From assembly GCF_009914755.1 (NCBI RefSeq), contig NC_060927.1: a stretch of DNA of 64,000 nt. The stretch is one strand, 5' to 3'. Shown here in pieces: positions 56,726-64,000 of this stretch; within the stretch, counting starts at the first letter, position 1, and every line of letters begins with the position of its first letter. Made by a program: the position numbers and the translations under genes. This DNA comes from the human T2T-CHM13v2.0 reference genome, Homo sapiens. The notes beneath the pieces were generated by a model, which made no database searches, was not told the origin of the DNA, and saw only the letters and a list, made by a program, of their open reading frames with translations.

Positions 56726-57707
56726 TTTTTTTCTTTTTTGAGACGGAGTCTCGCTGTGTTGCCCAGGCTGGAGTGCAGTGGCGTGATCTCGGCTCACTGC
56801 AAGCTCTGCCTCCCTGGTTCATGCCATTCTCCTGCCTCAGCCTCCTGAGTAGATGGGACTACAGGCACCTGCCACTACGCCCGGCTAATTTTTTGTATTT
56901 TTATTTATTTATTTATTTTTACTTTTTTACTTTTTTATTTTTTTTATACTTTAAGTTCGAGGGTACATGTGAACAATGTGCAGGTTTGTTACATATGTAT
57001 ACATGTGCCATGTTGGTGTGCTGCACCCATTAACTCATCATTTACATTAGGTATATCTCCAAATGCTATCCCTCCCCCCTTCCCCCACCTCATGACAGGC
57101 CCCAGTGTGTGATGTTCCCCACCCTGTGTCCAAGTGTTCTCGTCGTTCAGTTCCCACCTGTGAGTGAGAACATGTGGTGTTTGATTTTCTGTCCTTGCAA
57201 TATGTTTGCTGAGAATGATGGTTTCCAGCTTCATCCATGTCCCTACAAAGGACATGAACTCATCCTTTTTTATGGCTGCATAGTATTCCATGGTGTATAT
57301 GTGCCACATTTTCTTAATCCAGTCTATCATTGATGGACATTTGGGTTGGTTCCAAGTCTTTGCTATTGTGAATAGTGCCACAATAAACATACATGTGCAT
57401 GTGTCTTTATAGCAGCATAACTTGTAATCCTTTGGGTATATACCCAGTAATGGGATTGCTGGGTCAAATGGTATTTCTAGTTCTAGATCCTTGAGGAATT
57501 GCCACACTGTCTTCCACAATGGTTGAACTAGTTTACAGTCCCACCAACAGTGTAAAAGTGTTCCTCTCTACTAAAAATTTTTTGTATATTTGTAGAGACA
57601 GGGTTTCACTGTGTTAGCCAGGATGGTCTCGATCTCCTGACCTCATGATCTGCTTGCCTCGGCCTCCCAAAGTGCTGGGATTACAGGTGTGAGCCACCGC
57701 GCCCAGC
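56726..57707 (-). mobile_element. AluY split by an L1PA 3' fragment (~56903-57565) inserted in its A-rich linker
   Basis: AluY diagnostics (gcaagctc, gccattctcc, ttagccaggatggtctcgatctcc). Alu TSD GTGTTCATTTATTTTC at 56710-56725 and 57709-57724. The L1 ORF2 C-terminus is ORF 56989..57519. Confidence 0.92.
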
Positions 57708-58312
57708 AGTGTTCATTTATTTTCTTTAAATAAATTTGATCAAACATTGAATTCCATATCCTGCTCAGCTAATGGGAGATTCAGCCACAGTCATTCCTGT
57801 GGCTCCCTTCCCAAAGCCCCCAAGATCACTTACTTTTGTGTTTGATTTGAGCCCTTTAATTCTAGCAGCTGGGGGCCATGTTTGGTGAGTGAGAAATCAC
57901 TGCCGAGTGTGGGAAACACAGTTGTTCAATCTTGCCGTCAACCTGGGCACTGCTTTAGAAAGATGTAGCCCCCAGGAGGCTTTGTAAGCTTCAGACATTT
58001 ATGTCTGCCAATGTCATTGGAAATTTCTCTTCTATGTTTTCCTCAGTTGCAATTTTCCTCCTGTGACCCTCCAAGAAACACGGAACAATCTGCCTAATGG
58101 CCTGAAGTTTTGAAACAAAGCTAGGAAGGGAAGTGTCTTGCAGGCAACTCCTTTTGATAGCTTTTGGCATAATCCCTTGAGTTAAGGGAGATTACTGTCA
58201 ATTATTTGCTACAGAATATTTACTGGAGAGAAATAGATACATTAATATCTCAAAAATTCTTCTGAGGGATGTCTCACACCTACTGACTGTTTATTATGAT
58301 GAGCCAGAAACT

Positions 58313-58636
<324 letters not shown>

Positions 58637-59480
58637 TTATGAGAATCTCATTACATACCTAATCTTATCCAATCCTCCCAATATCCTAATGAGGTTAGGC
58701 CTATTATTGTCCCCATTCTACAGGTGAGGAAAACGAGGATCACAGAGTTTATGTAATTTTCCAAACACAGCTGGCAAGTGGTAGAATTGGGATTTGCTAT
58801 GGGACTGGCCTCAGAGCCACAATCCCTTACAGCTGTGCTCCTTCCAGCCCCTATATCTTTACCTCCATTGCCAATGCCACTGCCAGTTCTTTAACCACAA
58901 GGGAGCTACTGTTGGCTCCCCATCATCTTTCATTGCTTTCATCTATTGTCATGGAATTAAAGGAATCTTCCATCCAGCTGTTCCTGGCTTCCTTTAAAAG
59001 ATGTGCATTAAGTTGTTCTCCTGTATTTATGTGGTGTTTTACTTCTTCATACTCTCTCTTCCTTAAGTCCAGACTATTCTGTCTCTGATCAGGCTTCTCT
59101 GTCAAGACCAGTGTTTATTATGTTTAACTGTGCAGGAAGATGTTTCCTTACAGATAGTTACTAAAAATATACACTAACAAGACCTAGTCCTAAATGTTTG
59201 GATTGAGTGGGTCCTGGGAGAGCTGTGGGAGCTCAATTTTAACAACACCTTCAGGTAATTCTGCTGTAGGGGGTTCACAGCCCATACTTTGAGCATCATT
59301 GCTCTATTCCCTATCCTTTCTTTTCTTAATTTTTTAATATTAATTCAAGTCGATGCTTGTTTGGTTGCAAGGAACAGAAACTCTTTCAAGGCAGTTCAAA
59401 TATAAGGAGAATCTATTAAAAAGAAGGGCAAGGTTACATTATGAAAAAGAATAAAGCCAAGTCATATGATAACTGAATGA

Positions 59481-59803
<323 letters not shown>

Positions 59804-61150
59804 TTATTCTGCCCTCTTGCAGGTTCCATGGGCCCTTGTCTCCTCCATTCTTTAGGGATGCATGACAGTGTATCTCATCTCTGCAGATTAGCTTTGTCCT
59901 GCCTGTCCATGGCCTTAGTTTGAGAAGTCTGAACTGAGCCCTAAATTTGACACACTACTGCATTACACTCACTAACTATAATCTCTATAATTTCTTATAT
60001 AAATATCTCAAACAAGAATCTGACTTGCTAGGCTTCACAGTCCACAGAGCATTTACATTTGATCAAGAGACCACCCTGGAACCCTCATTTGAAGGTGTGT
60101 TGGCAAGTGGAGGGGTATGTGGCCCTGTGATGCAAACCTGCCTGTGTAAGCCTGCCACTGAATCAGGAGTTACATGCTTCCTCAGGGAAGCTTGGAGGGA
60201 AGCTTCATAAGAAGACAGCTGTGGGTAGGATGAAATCACAACTATGAATCCCACAATGTCATTGCTGGCAAAATCTTTGAATTGTATTTATCTTGCCAGT
60301 TCTCAGCTCTACTACTCCCAGTTTCCTCTAACTGCTCACTACTAAATAGGGGACCCAGTTCAAATGGTTCTTCTTAGCCTTTAAAGCCACCTGTGACCTG
60401 GTCCTCCCATGCCTATTTGAAGTCACCTTTCCAAACAGGAACCTTTGGCAGGTGGGCCTCTACTCCTCTGCTTTTCTATCATGCCTTGCCTAATCCAGAA
60501 TGTTTTCCACTCCTTCCACCTTTACTTACTTTGCCTTGAAAGTCCTGTTAAGCCTTACTACCCTTATGAAGACTTTCAGTATGTCCCATCCTTCTTGACA
60601 ACACAAACATTTCCTGTTTTGGGTGACCTAGTCAGACCTTCATTATATTTGGTCTTACATTATCCTCTGTTTCAGATGTTTCGTCCTATTTCACTAAACA
60701 GAGAGGTCTTTGAAGGCTCAAAATATCTTACAGACAGCTGGCTTCTCTAGAGCCTATAAAAGAACCCCACAATGTAACAAAGCCACCAAGAAAGTAAGAC
60801 AAAGAGCTGGAGGACAGTGACTTCCTGTTGATGAAAGTACTCTATGAACTTGATACTGCAGTTCAATCTCACCCTTATTTTTTAGTCAACTCATCTAAAA
60901 TATTTGGCCCACGTGATACGTGATTTCCTTTCATATTCTTTTTTTATTCCTTTTCTACTCCAACTAATGTTATTTTCATTCAACTGGTTAAATTCAGTAT
61001 ACATGGAACATCGGATGAAACAATGTGTTGATAAAAAAATTTCGGCCAAAGACAGACTTCAAATAAGAGGTCATTGTTAAGGGTTTTAAATTCAAGGAGA
61101 CAAAGTGGCACGGTAACACACATACACAATTTAATCGGAAAAGAAATTAC

Positions 61151-61266
61151 CTCATAGCCCAGTAAATGTCCATTGCTCAACTTCCAAGGAATGGTGTTCC
61201 ATGAAACCTCAATTTCTGAGGAAGATAGGCTATTTGCAGAGACTTGAGATGGGGCCACTGTAGGCT
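61151..61266 (-). CDS. CNTN3: CNTN3 coding exon (116 bp), FNIII: (E)PTVAPSQVSANSLSSSEIEVSWNTIPWKLSNGHLLGYE
   Basis: Acceptor TTTCTGTTTCCGAACAG|AG and donor GAG|GTAATT; phase 1 to 0. The translation matches contactin-3 as I recall it. Confidence 0.96.
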
Positions 61267-63346
61267 CTGTTCGGAAACAGAAATTGAAATATGATGATAA
61301 TTTTGGCAGTTAGTTTAAAACACAGATTAATGTTCTTATTTTTATAAAAGCATTTTAACGTATTTGAAAATTGTATGAAATATTCTGGCACCATATGTTG
61401 AAAATAGAGACACTGGTCCATTTCCGTTTCTTAGGAAAAGATGGCATCATAGCCAAAGGCTTTTCTTTGCTAAACAGCTGTGGCAACCTATACTTTCCTC
61501 CCTTGCACCTCTTTCTTGGCATCTTCCTTATCTTCCTTTTTCTTTGCCTGTCTTCTCCTCACCTTGTCCTTATTTCCTTCCCTTCATCTCATTCCTACTG
61601 CTTGGGAACTTCTCTGCCCACAGACGCTACTTAGTTTTCATTTTGCCAAACAAAGGTCTAGGTTAAGTAAAGCTCATTTACACAATAAACACTGAGTGAG
61701 TACCCTGTCTAGAGAGGCCTACAGAGACAACTGAAATGTGGTGGATGGCATGCTCTTTTGAAGGAGTAGATAGAAATGCAGGTGGCTTATCATATAGCAA
61801 GAAGATTCCCCTTTGTAAAAAGCACTGTTGAGATTCTATGGGGTTCACAGTGGTTCTCCCTTCTCAGGGCCCAGCTCTGAGCAGGAATCTCCCCTCCCTC
61901 AGGTGCATTTCTCTGTCAAATGATCCTGCTTCTCAGACAAGGATCTTGCTTGATGCTAAGACGAATTCCTGGTCTAAGGCTGGGCCCCTTAGATTTTCTC
62001 TCCTGAGAATTTGAAACTTGGTTTGGAGAGTCGAGGAGTACTTGGAGCCCACTGATCCAGTGCAGGTGCTCTAGAAGAGCAGAACCATTTTCTGAGGTTC
62101 CAGGGCTTCTCTGATTGAAGATCTTTGTGAGGTTTGCTGCATAACTCTCCCTTGGATTCACAGAGACACCCTAGTAGATTTCACAGAAGTCTTTTGCTTC
62201 TTTCTTAGGTAAGCCCGATTCATTTTTCATGTTTGAACAGAAAGACTTTTAGCTAACTCTGCAGCAGGAGCAAAAATGATAAGAGGAGAAGAAAAATGAG
62301 GGAGGCAACAATGCGTAAGAGGCTGTGGCTGCCCCTCTTTTCCAGTTGCCAGCACCTAGGTCCTGGATGCACAGGTAAACAGTGTCCGAAAACTCCCTGG
62401 ATAATGGCCATCACTCCCCAGACCCCTGACTTGCCCTTGCAATCCCTGGCAGCTTTTAGAAATGAGGTCTGGCTATGAATTTAAGACTCTTCTGCAAAGA
62501 CTTGTATAACCCTTAAAAAAAAAATCCCTCTCAGAACTCAACCAAAAGTGAGAACACAAGAATAGGGGCGGGGAGCCGAAGAAAAATCAACTCTACTTAC
62601 TATTCTTAGGAATGACAACTGCAGGCCACTTTTTGCAACTTACTGTCAGGTCTGGAGGGTAGGGGAGACACTGATATATTTCGTGAGCTCAGAATGGTTA
62701 AGGGCAAAGGCCCTTGGTTAAAATACTGGCTGTACCACTTACTATTAGGAATTTTGGCAAATTTATTACTCTCTTTCACAAGGCTTCCATTTTCTCATTT
62801 GTAAATGGGAAATAATAGTGCCTATATTTTTTATTTGAAATATCAAATTAGGTAATGTCGGGCAAGTAGTAAAACTTCAATACATGTTAGTTTCTGCCAT
62901 TTTTTTTTTTTTTTGTAGAACTACATGAGATAGCCAACAGTTGTTGCTGATCTATGAAATGGCAATTTTGCATAATTCTTTTACCTTGATTATTTTCTAA
63001 AGCGGTCATGAGACAAAATGTAGATGTCTCAATATCTGAGACAGGTATAAAAGAAAGGCAAAGAAACAGAACGGGTCCAGAGTGAAGTATGTCTGTATCT
63101 CCACCAGCAGGTTCATATCCCTCAAACCTGCACATTGCATGTCTGTTGAATGAGATACCGCTGCTCCTGACTCTTCATCCAGTAACATCCTTTTCTCAGG
63201 CCATGGGAACCACTATACAACTTAGGACTAGGGTAGCTCCAAGGGGTATATTTTTATTACCCCAAGGTAAGGCTGTGATTTTCCTTGCTTCACAAGCTGG
63301 AACGTAGGAAGTGTTCCTCATAAACAGATTTTTAAATTGATGGTTA

Positions 63347-63780
63347 TGATCTGAGACAGGTCTCAATCAATTTTGGGATTTATTTTATCAAGGTGTTAAG
63401 GACATGCCCAGAAGAAAAAAAAAACAAAACACGGGTGTACAGAAACATGGTCTGTGTCCATTTCCAAAGGTGAATCTGAGGGCTTTAATATTTAGAGTGG
63501 GCTGGAGTGGAAAGAGGAAGGGTATGGTAATCCGCATGTTGCAAGGGAAAAGGAGCAGATAGGAGGCTAATCAATTAGGTCTCCTGCTCAGTAAATCAGC
63601 ACTTTACATAAGGCAAGGCGAACATGGAGTAGCTACCTGTAGAGAGATTTAACCTTTTATCTGTAGCTATCTGGTTAGGAACAAAAGGAAAGGCATTTTC
63701 TTGCATGACTTGGCTTTCAGCTTAATTTCTTCCTTTTGGCCTAGTGAATTGGGGTCCTGAGGTTTTATTTTCCTTTCACG
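63347..63780 (-). mobile_element. MER4-family ERV1 solo LTR
   Basis: The reverse complement begins (C)GTGAAAGGAAAATAAAACCTCAGGACCCC…AATTAAGCTGAAAG; possible 4-bp TSD GTTA. Confidence 0.75.
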
Positions 63781-63986
63781 GTTACATCCTCTAACTATCC
63801 ATTAAGTCTTATACTTCAAGTCATTTATGATTGATCTTTATGACTTGCACTGGGAATCTAACTACTACCTGGATGATTGTTCTTTGGAATAAATATATTT
63901 GAAGTCAAAACGAGACTCCAAATCAGTTTTTGGAGCACAAATAATTATTATTAGGCGGAACTGATATACAGTCATGTTTTCCATAC

Positions 63987-64000
63987 CTTCTTCTGCAGAG
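63987..64000 (-). CDS. CNTN3: CNTN3 coding exon, 3' tail only (truncated by the window edge), …S-A-E-E
   Basis: The minus strand reads C TCT GCA GAA GAA G|GTATGG. This phase-1 GT donor joins the AG start of the next exon to give SAEE-E-PTVAP, the contactin FNIII linker. Confidence 0.85.

Noticed and set aside
56989-57519. 176-aa ORF, the longest in the track
   Set aside because: It is the L1 ORF2p C-terminus running into the L1 3'UTR within a 5'-truncated element, not a gene.
60980-61150. Intronic read-through frame after the 116-bp exon
   Set aside because: It would truncate an FNIII domain mid-fold; there is no supporting signal and it is most likely chance.

Overview
Primate (very probably human) genomic DNA containing the 3' end of CNTN3 (contactin-3/BIG-1) on the minus strand. 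By hand I assembled five complete coding exons plus the last 14 nt of a sixth at the right edge. All have GT-AG boundaries and consistent phases. They encode the last two FNIII domains and the GPI-anchor signal (…SAEEEPTVAPSQ…MPIVLFLIVYVLW*), followed by a ~1.8-kb 3'UTR ending near 28.6 kb. Positions 1-28.6 kb are downstream intergenic DNA. The rest is ordinary repeat-rich sequence: a full-length THE1 provirus, solo LTRs, a full-length L1PB-type LINE, many Alus, MIR/L2 and DNA-transposon fossils. Almost all ORFs in the supplied track are repeat-derived or chance. I see no evidence of a new protein-coding system. The unusual signals are mutational or regulatory. (1) A 152-bp unique segment was copied in inverted orientation ~0.9 kb away and is flanked by a 22-bp duplication. 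(2) The apparent target-site duplication (TSD) of the L1PB element also encloses an older L1MA 3' end, a candidate ancient 3' transduction. (3) An L1 inserted into an AluY has a fold-back inverted filler at its 5' junction. (4) miR-9 and miR-124 sites lie adjacent in the 3'UTR. (5) An open intronic read-through frame could give a GPI-less CNTN3. Repeat subfamily names come from my recall of consensus sequences, and most repeat boundaries are approximate.
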